From the NCBI RefSeq assembly GCF_001194135.2, contig NC_068993.1, positions 2,745,543 through 2,808,738 of the forward strand: a stretch of DNA of 63,196 nt, in the 5' to 3' direction. The notes under the pieces were generated by a model. The model worked only from the letters and a program-made list of their open reading frames with translations. It had not been told where the DNA came from and searched no databases. How positions within the stretch are numbered: position 1 is the stretch's first letter; the number at the start of each line of letters is the position of its first letter. Shown here in pieces: positions 40,793 to 51,641 of the stretch. Both the position numbers and the translations under genes were made by a program. This DNA comes from Octopus bimaculoides. Taxonomy: Eukaryota.

Positions 40793-40890
40793 TATTCTTA
40801 TTCTATATATATATTATATATAAGGGTATTATTGTTAATAATTTACAATAACAGTGGCTAGCATGCATGAAAGAACCATAAAGGCAAAGT

Positions 40891-41082
40891 TATCAATTAA
40901 TAATGAAGGGTACTACTTGTGGTAGCAGCATGCTAAAGATAACAGTCAAAACGACTCAAAACCACAGCAAAATCACCCTTGTTCAAGCTTGTGTACATGT
41001 GAAAACTGTGATTTTGAGTCATTTTGACTGCTATCTTTAGCATACTGGTGCAACAAGTAGTATCCTTCATTATTAATTGATA
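40891..41082. repeat. Long inverted repeat / MITE-like hairpin (77-bp arms, 38-bp spacer)
   Basis: Arm 40891-40967 vs reverse complement of 41006-41082: 8 mismatches (~90%); TA at both outer ends. Confidence 0.9.
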
Positions 41083-41644
41083 TATTTCAGTATATATACA
41101 TATGATGGACACTCCAGAGGAAGGCAACATACGAGAAACCAGCTTTTGCTGAATGACCTGCACAAAGGAAGTTGGTATTATTTATTCTCCATTACACATG
41201 TTTCATTTGCTACTAGGAATTACAAAGAATTATATGTTAGATGGACATGTAAGGAATTTCCTTTTCGAGATTCTTCTAACAGAAAATTAGAAACATTTTG
41301 CAGCTTCCCCTTTTGTTATACAATAACTGAAAATAATATTTCCAGAATTTTCAACTCTAATATGTACCTTGAATCACACAACACTGACAGAAACTGCATT
41401 ATGTGTGTGTGTGTGTTTTGTAGCATTATACATCTATAAGAGATGTTAACTTGTAATGTGTTGCACAGTTCAGCAAGTTTTCAACGACGTACTGGTTTAA
41501 GTATGATATATAGATTGCTACTTTGGTCTAATACTGCTTCTGTCACTCATAACAAATATGTATGTGTGTGTGTATGTGTATAACTGTGTATTGTGTGTGA
41601 GACTGAAGTGTGTATGTATACATATGTGTACAAATATGTATGTT

Positions 41645-41694
<50 letters not shown>

Positions 41695-41719
41695 CTCACA
41701 TGCACACACATATATAAAT

Positions 41720-42270
41720 ATGTAAATTCCAATTACCTTGAGGCCATAATTAGTGATCTCATAGCAACCAATATATTGAGGAGTGTCTCCAATATATTCT
41801 TGGACAGAGACATCTTTAACAGGACTTCATGCTATTATAATGATGCCATTGCTAGAAAATGAAGAACAAAGAATAAAACCAGAAGCACTAAGAATGGAGT
41901 CTGTGTCCAAAGACAGAAAATAACAAGAAAAGTAATAATCAGAAACTGAACATATCATAAAAGATGAAGAGACAAAAATATACCTAAACATGAAAATAAG
42001 ATGAGAATTAAGTGAAGAACCAAGATCCTGACAAATAAATATAAGAGAAAAACAGGAGCGGAAAATATAAGAAGTAAATTTGCGAATAGAAAAACTAAGA
42101 ATGGAATTAAAACAATGCAATAAAAGCAAAGACAAAGAGAACAAAAGCTGAAGAGAATTACCAGAGATAAGCATAGAGAAATAGGACTTAAAAGTACAAC
42201 ATTGTTGAAAGATGAACAGTGACAAGAGTAAAAGAAGAAGAATTCACTTCAAAGAACAATAAATGAGAAA
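41720..42270 (+). pseudogene. Decayed K/E-rich coiled-coil ORF, possibly retrotransposon gag-like
   Basis: One frame reads LENEEQRIKPEALRME...EVNLRIEKLRMELKQ... with about 10 scattered stops; strong purine strand bias. Confidence 0.35.
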
Positions 42271-42743
42271 ATAAATGCATTTTGGAATCATAAATATTTT
42301 AATTTTATGTTTTGTTTTCATTTTTTAACTCATTATTTTCATTATTTCCGTTGTTTTGTTGAACATATCTGAAACACGGCTACAGCAACTAATTCATGTA
42401 TATACACTTAAAAGTTGTATATATAAATATATATGTTTCAATTTGTATATACACAAACACGCATCCATTTATACTTCATCATATAAATATACATACATTT
42501 AAATGCTGTATATACAAATATATACTTCAGTCTGTATAGATACAGATATACATATATTTATACGTCGTTCATACTTCATATGAACAAATATACACACATT
42601 TAAATGTTGTATATACAATTGTTCATTTCATTATGTGTATATACAAACATACATGCATTTAAACTTTATTCATACAAACACATATTTCTATCTGTGTATA
42701 TACAAATATACATACATGTAAACTTTATATGTACAAGAAATGT

Positions 42744-42859
42744 GAATTAATGTAGACTTACCTTGTATTCAATATTTTCAAGAAATTGACGTCGTGAATT
42801 TCTTGAAAATAGGGTCATAACCCCAAAATATTGAATACAAGGGAAGTGTACATTAATTC
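42744..42859. repeat. Spacer-less palindromic element centred on GACGTC with deletions in the left arm
   Basis: Outer arms 42744-42778 and 42825-42859 (33/35 match); inner arms 42773-42787 and 42797-42811 (perfect). Confidence 0.9.
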
Positions 42860-42946
42860 TGTGATTTACCTTGCATTTATTTCGCATTATTTCGGCCTTA
42901 CTCATGATCCTTTACACGATATATATATTTCTACCCTCATTAATAA

Positions 42947-42986
<40 letters not shown>

Positions 42987-44104
42987 TAAATATAGAATAG
43001 TGGTACAACAGTGCACCAGTATATATATATATGTTTGTATGTATGTATATGCATATTTGTGTATGTGCTTGTTTAAGTGGGGGATGTATATATGTATGTG
43101 TGTGTATATACATGCATCTATGTCAATGTGTGTTTATGTCTCATTAAAGCTGAATATACATATAGTGTGCTATGTAGATTGAGGTATGAGTGATGGAGTG
43201 ATGGCAGCTCACCTATTTATCAAATAAATAACACTTCACAAAGATGTACACACACACACACACTTGCAGTTCACAAGCACACACATGCATTAACTTGGGA
43301 GGAAAGTGTATATATAATCTACTGCAGTCTCATTTATAAAACTAAGGAAAAAAATATCATCAAAAGACAAAACAATGTTTTTAAAACAGAAAGTCATGCT
43401 TTTTTATAACAACTGCATTTACTTCACAAACAAAACAATTTTTATTTATTTTACCTTTTATCTTTATTGTTTTTTTTTTATTTATTTACTTATTTGGTAG
43501 GCACAGAAGAAGAGGAAAATCTGTAAAAATTCTCTCAGTTTAGTTATCTTAAAGAAATATTTTTCAGACAAATCAATATAGAAGATAGACAGGATTCTCT
43601 GCGTCTGTTGCAAACAGTTGTAAAATCACATCAGCGCCATGTCATCTATTTGTTTTGATTTAACAATATCTATCACATCTAGCAATCATTTCATGCTCCG
43701 TCAATTTAGTTTTTACACCCATAGACATTTGTCTTTCGATTCCAGCTAATGTGAAGACATATTGCTGTGTTTACCATTCCTAATTTCTAAATCCTTTTAC
43801 GTTGCCATCTCCATGTAATTAGAAGTAAAAGAATGTCACAACTCATTGGTGATTGAATAAATTTAGAAATATTCGTTGGTGATAGAACATCATCTTCTAA
43901 ATACAAAATTGTATATTCCTATAATAGACATATATTTAGTTTGGCGTACTGAATTGACAAACAAAGTTTATGTGATTTTTAAGCCTGGATTAATAGATAA
44001 TCCCAGTAAGCTGCTGCTTAAGGTTTTAGACGAAGGTGGACCACAAGTGATGTGGAATAAATATAAAAAAATATAAAAAAGCATATATTTTAATATTCCA
44101 TGAT

Positions 44105-44310
44105 AAGGCAATAAACTGGTAGAATTGTGAAATGCCTGGTAGCATTCCATGATTTCTTGAGTTCAAATTTCACCAAGGTCGAATTTGCCTTTCATTCTTT
44201 TGGGGTTGATAAAAGAAGTACCAGTTGAACACTGGGGTCAATGTAATTGACTTGCGTCCCCCCCCTCCACCTCTACTCAAATGGCTGGCCTTGTGTCAAA
44301 ATTTGAAAAC
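44105..44310 (+). mobile_element. SINE family A
   Basis: gagttcaaatttcaccaaggtcgaatttgcctttcattc core plus tail. Confidence 0.85.
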
Positions 44311-44467
44311 AATATTCCACTCATGCAGTTAAAATGGTTTAGCTAATGTTTAAAACATATAAATTATCTGCTTTCTACAAATCTGTGAAAGTCTATGTAA
44401 GAATAATAAAAAAATAAAGAAGGGAACTTGAGATTCTGCTAGCTGTGACAATATTTCATGAATGTAG

Positions 44468-44688
44468 AGGGGCGAGCTGGCAGAATCGTTAGCATGCTAG
44501 GCAAAATGCTTAGCGGTATTTCGTCTGCCATTACGTTCTGAGTTCAAATTTGACTTTGCCTTTCATCATTTGTGGGGTCGATTAAATAAGTACCAGTCAT
44601 GCACTGGGGTTGATGTAATCAACTTAATCCCTTTGTCTGTCCTTGATTGTCTCCTCTATGTTTAGCTCCCTGTGGACAATAAAGAAAT
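44468..44688 (+). mobile_element. SINE family A, alternative 3' tail
   Basis: Same head and core, but the tail is aatccctttgtctgtcc..gtggacaataaagaaat. Confidence 0.9.
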
Positions 44689-46016
44689 GGCTATTTCTTG
44701 AATGTGCAAGAAACACCTTGAAACAAACACCTTGATATGAATCTGTAAGAAGCAAAATTAACCAGTATGGCAGAATTCTTAGGTTGATTCAAAATCTGAC
44801 TGAGCATAGAAGTATCTCCTCAATGAAAGAAGTTCAACTAATAGATTTATTGGCGTAAAGTTCCTCACCTATCTATGCCAACAGATGAGCTCTCTTCTAA
44901 CACATTTTAACAGTTGTTATAGAGATCCCCCCCTACTTCTCAGACTCTTGGCACCCCCTTCATTCAGATGCTCCAGCTTGCTTTGAATTTCTTTTTGTCA
45001 CCTTTCTTTTGTTCTCTACCCCTATTGTACCTTCACGGAGATTATGTACTAAGGGAAATTACTTGAGCAAACTGTATAAAGGCTTAATTACACATAATTA
45101 TATACGATGGTCTGTTCCAGTGCACCTCCCTTGCTATCTATATAAAAGATTTTCCTACCTTGAACCTAAACAAAATACAACAATTATATTTGACTTTGAA
45201 TTCCAAGATCTTTGCTGGATTTTTTTCACTAAACTTTAATTAGTGCAAATCTTTTCGTTGATTTTAATTTGTTTTCTCTTTTTTGTCTTTTAATAATGTT
45301 TACTTAAGTTTCTTAAAGTGTTCTTTGCTGATGGTCTTTTTTTATTGTTATTATCTATTTTATTTTAACTAAATGGGTTACCAAAATATTTCTCGTCTGG
45401 TGGGCTTTTATACGCCATGTTAAGCAATGTTTGTCCAATCATTTCATCAATAAGATAGTTAATTGGCCTTTCGTAAAGCAAGAATTTATTCTGACAAACA
45501 GATGATCTTCAACTGTTGGTTTTTTTTTTATTCAATTACCTCTCCACACACTACCCCTTCCTCAACACACAAAAATATATTATTAGCAAATTGAATTTTA
45601 AATCTTATTTCTCAATCTCTCTTCTTTTCTCTTCTTAACTTTCTTTAATTCTCTCTCTCTCTCTCTCACTCTTTCTCTCTCTCTCTATTTTACAGACTCT
45701 TTCTATTTCTATTCTTGCCACTTTCTCTTTGCCTCAATGAATTTCCTTCATTCTATTCCTTGTTCTTATCACAATCTTTTCTCTTATTTCCCCCTCAGCC
45801 CTTCCCCATTTTCTCTCCTATATTTATCTCTTTCCATTATAAACCTCTCTCTCCTCCCCTTCTTTCTCTGTCTTCAATAGCTTCATTCCTCTTCCTCCTC
45901 TTTCTCTCTCTCTTTCTTTTGCTTTCTATCTTACTTTTTTCTTTTTCCATTTTATTTCTCTCTTTATCCCTCTTAACTTCTCTCTTTATTATGTTTATTT
46001 TCTTCACACTCTTTTT

Positions 46017-46057
<41 letters not shown>

Positions 46058-46637
46058 TCCCCTCTTCCCACTCCCCTATTAACCATAGTTGCGTTTCCAG
46101 TCTTGTTCCAACCTGACATCAAAAGTGTCCAACATCGAAGACTAACACAAGTAGAAATATTTATTTTTAGTTAAGGTTGTCTGAAGTCATTTTAAAAATC
46201 TGTGTTTTTTTTTTACCTTAAGTGGACAACCCAACGAGACTCTAAGATTCCGACTGATTTTGTTTTCTCTGGCCAGCTTCGTTAGTTCTTTGTCAGAAAG
46301 TTCTCAATATGATGTATCAATAGCCAGATTCTTTCTCTTGATTGAAGATGTGCTTCATCTTTATCAGAAACATGGCAGTTTAACTGTGGTCATTCACTTA
46401 GATGGGAAGAGTCTTCAGAAGGTTTAATCACTTTATGAAACAATCCATAAAGATGAAGCTTTTACTAGGGTCCTGTTAAACTCCCAGAAATTATGGAACA
46501 TCTCTTTCGATTTTAATAAAGTCCCACAATATTGATTTATACATTCCAGGTTACTTGAACATTTGATAGGAATCAACAAAACACATAAACATGTTTTTGT
46601 TAAGGCCCCAATAAACTCCCAAAAACTATGGAATAGC

Positions 46638-46790
46638 ATCAACCCCAGTGCTCTACTGGTGCTTATCATATTGACGATGAAAAGCAAAGTTGACCTCGGT
46701 AGAATTTGAACCCAGAATGTAAAGACAGATGAAATGTAGCTAAGCATTTTCCCCAGCATCCTAACAGTTCTGCCTAACAGTTCAGCCATT
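46638..46790 (-). mobile_element. SINE family A (partial)
   Basis: Reverse-complement head and core. Confidence 0.85.
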
Positions 46791-46945
46791 TATCTGTGCT
46801 AACATTTCACAACCTCAATGCATTCCAAGGTAAGCAATTTATCAATTATCTTACCTGGATCACTGCTAGATGGCAGATCAAAATTACAGTTTCTGCTTTG
46901 AAGAACAACTAACCACTTCCACTACTACCACGGCATTTTCATTCC

Positions 46946-46965
46946 TTAAATATTTACCAAATAAC
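46946..46965 (-). CDS. Candidate last coding exon: (G)YLVNI-stop
   Basis: Acceptor gtatgtttctcag| after an 81-nt intron; phase compatible with exon 6; TAA at 46946-46948. Confidence 0.3.
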
Positions 46966-47046
46966 CTGAGAAACATACACATTTGAACCTTTTGCCTCTG
47001 CTCTGGTAGCAAATGACTTTAGGGCTTTACTACCCCACCCACGCAC

Positions 47047-47113
47047 CCCTGCCATCTTGCAACTGTTTGAGCATCTCTGTTGTTCCTGTTGTTCCAGATT
47101 TCGTCTTTTTTTT
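47047..47113 (-). CDS. Candidate exon 6 (67 nt, phase 0 to 1): KKKTKSGTTGTTEMLKQLQDGR
   Basis: Acceptor ttgccatttatcacag| and donor GG|gtgcgt; basic cluster shortly after the TM segment. Confidence 0.35.
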
Positions 47114-47522
47114 CTGTGATAAATGGCAACATTTTAATGGTTAATGGAAGCAAAATGAAAACAGTGATGACCATAAAACCGTTAATACTAATGGCAACGA
47201 TCGAAGTGAACTGTTGAATCATTCGGGATGGACTGCAGGCTGGACTTCAATTGGAATTGCAATGGGTTACCTACTCCTATACCCCTGTCATTTCTGCTGA
47301 TTACATGACCAGGTGACCAATTAAAAATAATTTGCATGGCATTTTTGATTCCTTTTTTATTGAACTTGGGGACATTAGCACTTCCTAGGTTCCGTCTAAA
47401 TCTGCTGAATCACTTCTAATCTCAAGGGCCCACCTAACTCTATACTGCCGATGTCTCATTTAAACAAGAAAAAAAAAACACTGTTTACAAAATGGGATTC
47501 AACCCCCAACAGACGAAATATC

Positions 47523-47562
<40 letters not shown>

Positions 47563-47716
47563 TGATGATGATGATGATGATGATAACAACAACAACAAAT
47601 AGAAACATAATAAGAACAGAAATATAACAATAATGATGATGATGATGATAGCAACAACAATAACAATAATGATGATGATGTTGATGATGATGATGATAAT
47701 AATAATAGTAATAGTA

Positions 47717-47768
<52 letters not shown>

Positions 47769-47979
47769 TAATAATAAAGATAATAATACTAATAATGACC
47801 AAACAATTTCCGAGATCAAAGAAACTGGAAGGATAAAGTGATTTTTATTTTACGTCCTTGCCAAAGCTGAAAGTGTTGTTTCAAATAAACGAATAATATT
47901 CCATTAAAACCATTCTAAAAGGGACCAATTCTAATAAAACAGGCAACTCACAAGATTTGATTATTTATTGCAATTTACA

Positions 47980-48330
47980 TTATTTTATTTGTTTGTTTGT
48001 ATTTGTTGACTGTGTTATATTTTTCCAGCAATTTTACGTTTCCACAGAACCACTACTAAATTCACCTCTGTCTTCCAGACACATGTGTGACGTTGTGTTT
48101 TGGGATCGTAGGAGTCTGTTTGCAAAGTACATTAGCCATGTTTTGTTATGGGATTTGAAGTTTGCTTTCTGTTTTTTCAGGGAATTTTTGCTTTGGTTTT
48201 TCAAGTGTTATTTTAATGTTCTGTCTGTTAAGTGGAGTATATACAATATGAGTTGTGTTGTTTTGATGGTTGTTATTTGTGCTTCGTATGTGTTGTATGA
48301 ATGATGTTGCATGATTCAGCGTCTGACAGT
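47980..48330 (-). mobile_element. Penelope-like GIY-YIG endonuclease relic
   Basis: YEAQITT..LYILHLTDRTLK..NKTW..SQNTTSHMCLEDR..KLLEKYNTVNKY resembles the PLE endonuclease C-terminus. Confidence 0.6.
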
Positions 48331-48451
48331 GACTGTGAAGTGTGTGTGGGTGGTGAGATGTTAATTAGTGTTGACTATTGAGCGTGGGAGTTGCTGCTGA
48401 TGTAGCATTGGCCAAGGGTTACGTAAGAACACGTGTTATAATACTTTACTA

Positions 48452-48815
48452 TATCTTCTCTCTTTTACTTGTTTCAGTCATTAGACTGTGGCCATGCTGG
48501 GGCAACACCTCGAAGAATTTTAGTTGTGCAAATCGACCTCTGTACTTTTTTTTTAAAACCCTGGTATTTTATGAATCTCTTTTGCCAAACTTCTAAGTTA
48601 CAGGGATATAAATGTACCAACACTAGTTGTTAAGTAGTGGTGTGGAACAAATGCAGACACGCACACACATAAATATATATGAGAAGCTTCTTTTAGTTTC
48701 CATCTACCAAATCCCCTAACAAGGCTTTCATTGTCGTGAGGCTATATTAGAAGACAATTACCCAAGGACCCACGCAGTGGGACTGAAACAAGAACCTCAT
48801 GGTTGAGAGGCAGAC
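48452..48815 (-). mobile_element. SINE family B, full length
   Basis: Reverse complement colinear with 30055-30415. Confidence 0.9.
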
Positions 48816-48985
48816 TGTTGTATTTCATGTTGAAGATATAGTTTGTGCATATTAATCCCATGTAATACATAAAATTGGTGTTAGTTGTACACATTGTGGT
48901 CCTTATTAAATCAATTCCCATGTTTCTTTTTATTAAGTTTTTATTAATCTTATAACATTTATTGTAGATTTTATGGATGGTTATA

Positions 48986-49074
<89 letters not shown>

Positions 49075-49364
49075 GTTTGACTTTTGCTTTGTATTTGTAC
49101 AAGTTGACTCCAAGTCTCACCTATTATTATTATTACCACCACCACCACCACTACCATCACCATCACCATCATCATCATCTTCATTATCATCAATGTAGCT
49201 GTTGTTGCTGTTGTCATTGTTGCCACTGTTGTTCCTCTCTATCCATTTTTTCACTGTTGTTCATTTCAAAATTAAAGTTTGCTAACAGGAAGGAGAGGAT
49301 CTAAACAGGAACTTGCTTTAAAAATTCAAGAGAGAAATAAAAACACAACATTGCTTAATATTAC

Positions 49365-49503
49365 CTCCCTGCTGACATTTTTACAATTGCTGCAACAACT
49401 GATAACAATAATGATGATGAATATGATGCTGATGATGACAATAATAAAAAAATTGCAAAGAGACCAACAAACTGGATGACAACATGGATACTGAATCAGT
49501 GAT
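49365..49503 (-). CDS. Candidate exon 5 (139 nt, phase 2 to 0): (K)SLIQYPCCHPVCWSLCN-FFIIVIISIIFIIIIVI-SCCSNCKNVSRE
   Basis: Acceptor tttcccctcctttctttacag| and donor GAG|gtaata; CC..C...CN box then a 17-aa hydrophobic run. Caveat: the run derives from (ATC/ATT)-like low complexity. Confidence 0.4.
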
Positions 49504-49586
49504 CTGTAAAGAAAGGAGGGGAAACAAATTCAATACTGATTCCCGGGAGCAATATTAATAAAGCTGGTAGTTATTGTTGCTGGTAC

Positions 49587-49660
49587 TTGGATCCACAGGT
49601 ACAACTAATAATTATTTTATATCTTCCTTGTTGTGATTCTTCACAGACTGTAATGTTTTG
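49587..49660 (-). CDS. Candidate exon 4 (74 nt, phase 0 to 2): QNITVCEESQQGRYKIIISCTCGS; reads to a stop at 49571 if unspliced
   Basis: Acceptor ctgttatttgtcatag|; N-I-T sequon and C-x-C; weak donor AA|gtacca followed by an 83-nt intron with a very strong acceptor. Confidence 0.45.
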
Positions 49661-49918
49661 CTATGACAAATAACAGTGTGTGACAACCAGAGCAAAGATA
49701 CATATAAAAGGGGCCTGCAAATGGAAAGATTTTTCCACAATCTATAATCATCCAGGAGCAATTATATACATTCAGAAACAAACAAATTGCCTGCCAGCCC
49801 AGCATTTAGAAACCAGGCTGCGGTGGGAATTTGATGGAACCATGTAAGGAAATACATGTTATGTGAACGTCACATGTGGTGGCCTCTCAAAAGATTAAAC
49901 TCCAACACAAAGACTTAC

Positions 49919-49957
49919 ATTCTTCTGCTGACAGTGTCCGTCACAATAAGAGGAAAA
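49919..49957 (-). CDS. Candidate exon 3 (39 nt, phase 0 to 0): FSSYCDGHCQQKN
   Basis: Acceptor gtctttgtag| and consensus donor AAT|gtaagt; contains a Y-C-x-G-x-C motif. Confidence 0.5.
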
Positions 49958-49993
49958 CTACAAAGACTTTATTGGTTAAAGAACAATAGCTAA

Positions 49994-50068
49994 GAATATT
50001 TAACAATATTTAACAATATTTAACAATATTTAACGATATTTAACAATATTTAACAATATTTAATGATA
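49994..50068. repeat. 10-bp tandem repeat (AATATTTAAC), ~7 units
   Basis: Direct reading. Confidence 0.95.
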
Positions 50069-50106
50069 TAAAAGGTTTACTGCAAGGGATATATTACTGG
50101 TGCATT

Positions 50107-50148
<42 letters not shown>

Positions 50149-51026
50149 TTCCCTATACTTTCACTGCTATCACCTCAGCTAACAACTTCCTCCCTCCATC
50201 CTTTTCTCTCGTTCTCTACCTGTCTTGCCTGCCACAATCACAACGGTAACATACAACTAAAATTCTTTATTTTCACAAGCAAAATCTGTAGAACTTCCAT
50301 GGGTTTTGCCCAGAACCTCAGTAATACAAGACAATAAAAGATTTTCTGTATAATCATACAAATATACCATAAATATAAGATAGGATAAGTACATATGACA
50401 GTGTAATACCAATGTTATCACCTGATGACATTGATATATGAAAACAGCAACCACAACAGCAGCCCCTGATAGAACTGATAATATATCAATACCATCAGAT
50501 GATCTCTAAGTATATCAGATCTATAATTTCTTTACATTGTGACAATCAAAAATAAAAGGTGTCAAATTTGATCTGATGTAAAGGATATTTATATTAAAAT
50601 TGTTGGTGTATTTATTTGAATGCATTTATATGTATTTATGAATATTTGTATATGCATTTCTGTTTGTGTATGTGTATATACAGGAGTGCATGTACATGAA
50701 TGTATGTGAATGTGCACACGTGTGTATGTGTGTTTGCAGGTATTTTTGTATGACTATCTGACTGTCTTGTTTATTGTTATCATGATATCTGTATGTACAC
50801 AGATATATGTGTATGTCTATATACAGATGTAACTTGATATTAAATAAATAATTGCAGATTAAATTATTAAACTGTTTCCAACGTATTCTTTCTTCAGTAA
50901 ATATGTGTGTGTGTATGTATGTCTATCTATCTATCTATATATCTAGATAGATAGATATACATACACATATTTACTGAAGAAAGAATACGTTGGAAACAGA
51001 AACAGTTTAATAATAATAATAATAAT

Positions 51027-51093
<67 letters not shown>

Positions 51094-51189
51094 AAAAAAA
51101 CAATAACAAAAAAACAAAAAAAACAACAAAGTGAGGACGTGATATGGATAGTATTATTGGACGCTCAGGAAAGGAAAGAGAGAGTGTAT

Positions 51190-51216
51190 GACGTTTCGGG
51201 CGTAGCCCTTCGTCGG
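51190..51216 (-). ncRNA. Hammerhead-like core variant (Penelope-type)
   Basis: CCGACGA-A-GGGC-TAC-GCCC-GAAA-CGTC: perfect stem II, loop-less palindromic stem III (ACGT), GUC site; U4 to C change and no convincing stem I. Confidence 0.5.
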
Positions 51217-51641
51217 AAAGATGGAAAGTTCGGAGAATGGAAGAACGGAGAAAGAGGAAAATGGTACCGATGCCCACGAGGTTATGTATGTATGTATGTA
51301 TGTATATATATATAAATCAGTAACAAGTTTTTTTTCTGCAATATTTGGATAGTTTATCCTGTTCATGCTATTGTATTAGCGTTATCCTGCATTTGAGAAT
51401 AAATTATTTCTGCATCTTTCAATATTTCTCAACACTTCTAAAGCAAACTTTACTTGTTACAACTTCCTCCCTCCATCCATTTGAATGTGAGAGATCTAAG
51501 TACAGGCAATTTATGTCAGATGGGGCTAAATTCAATAGTTTGCATAGAAGGAAGAGAAAACACGATAACCAATCCAAAAATAAAAAGGATTTTTAAAAAA
51601 TCGAAAAACTATCAAATTGATTATGGCTGGGACAAAATAAT

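Noticed and set aside
46210-46300. Death-domain-like peptide ELSDKELTKLARE..SLG (minus strand)
   Set aside because: In-frame stop immediately upstream and no good acceptor; resemblance too short.
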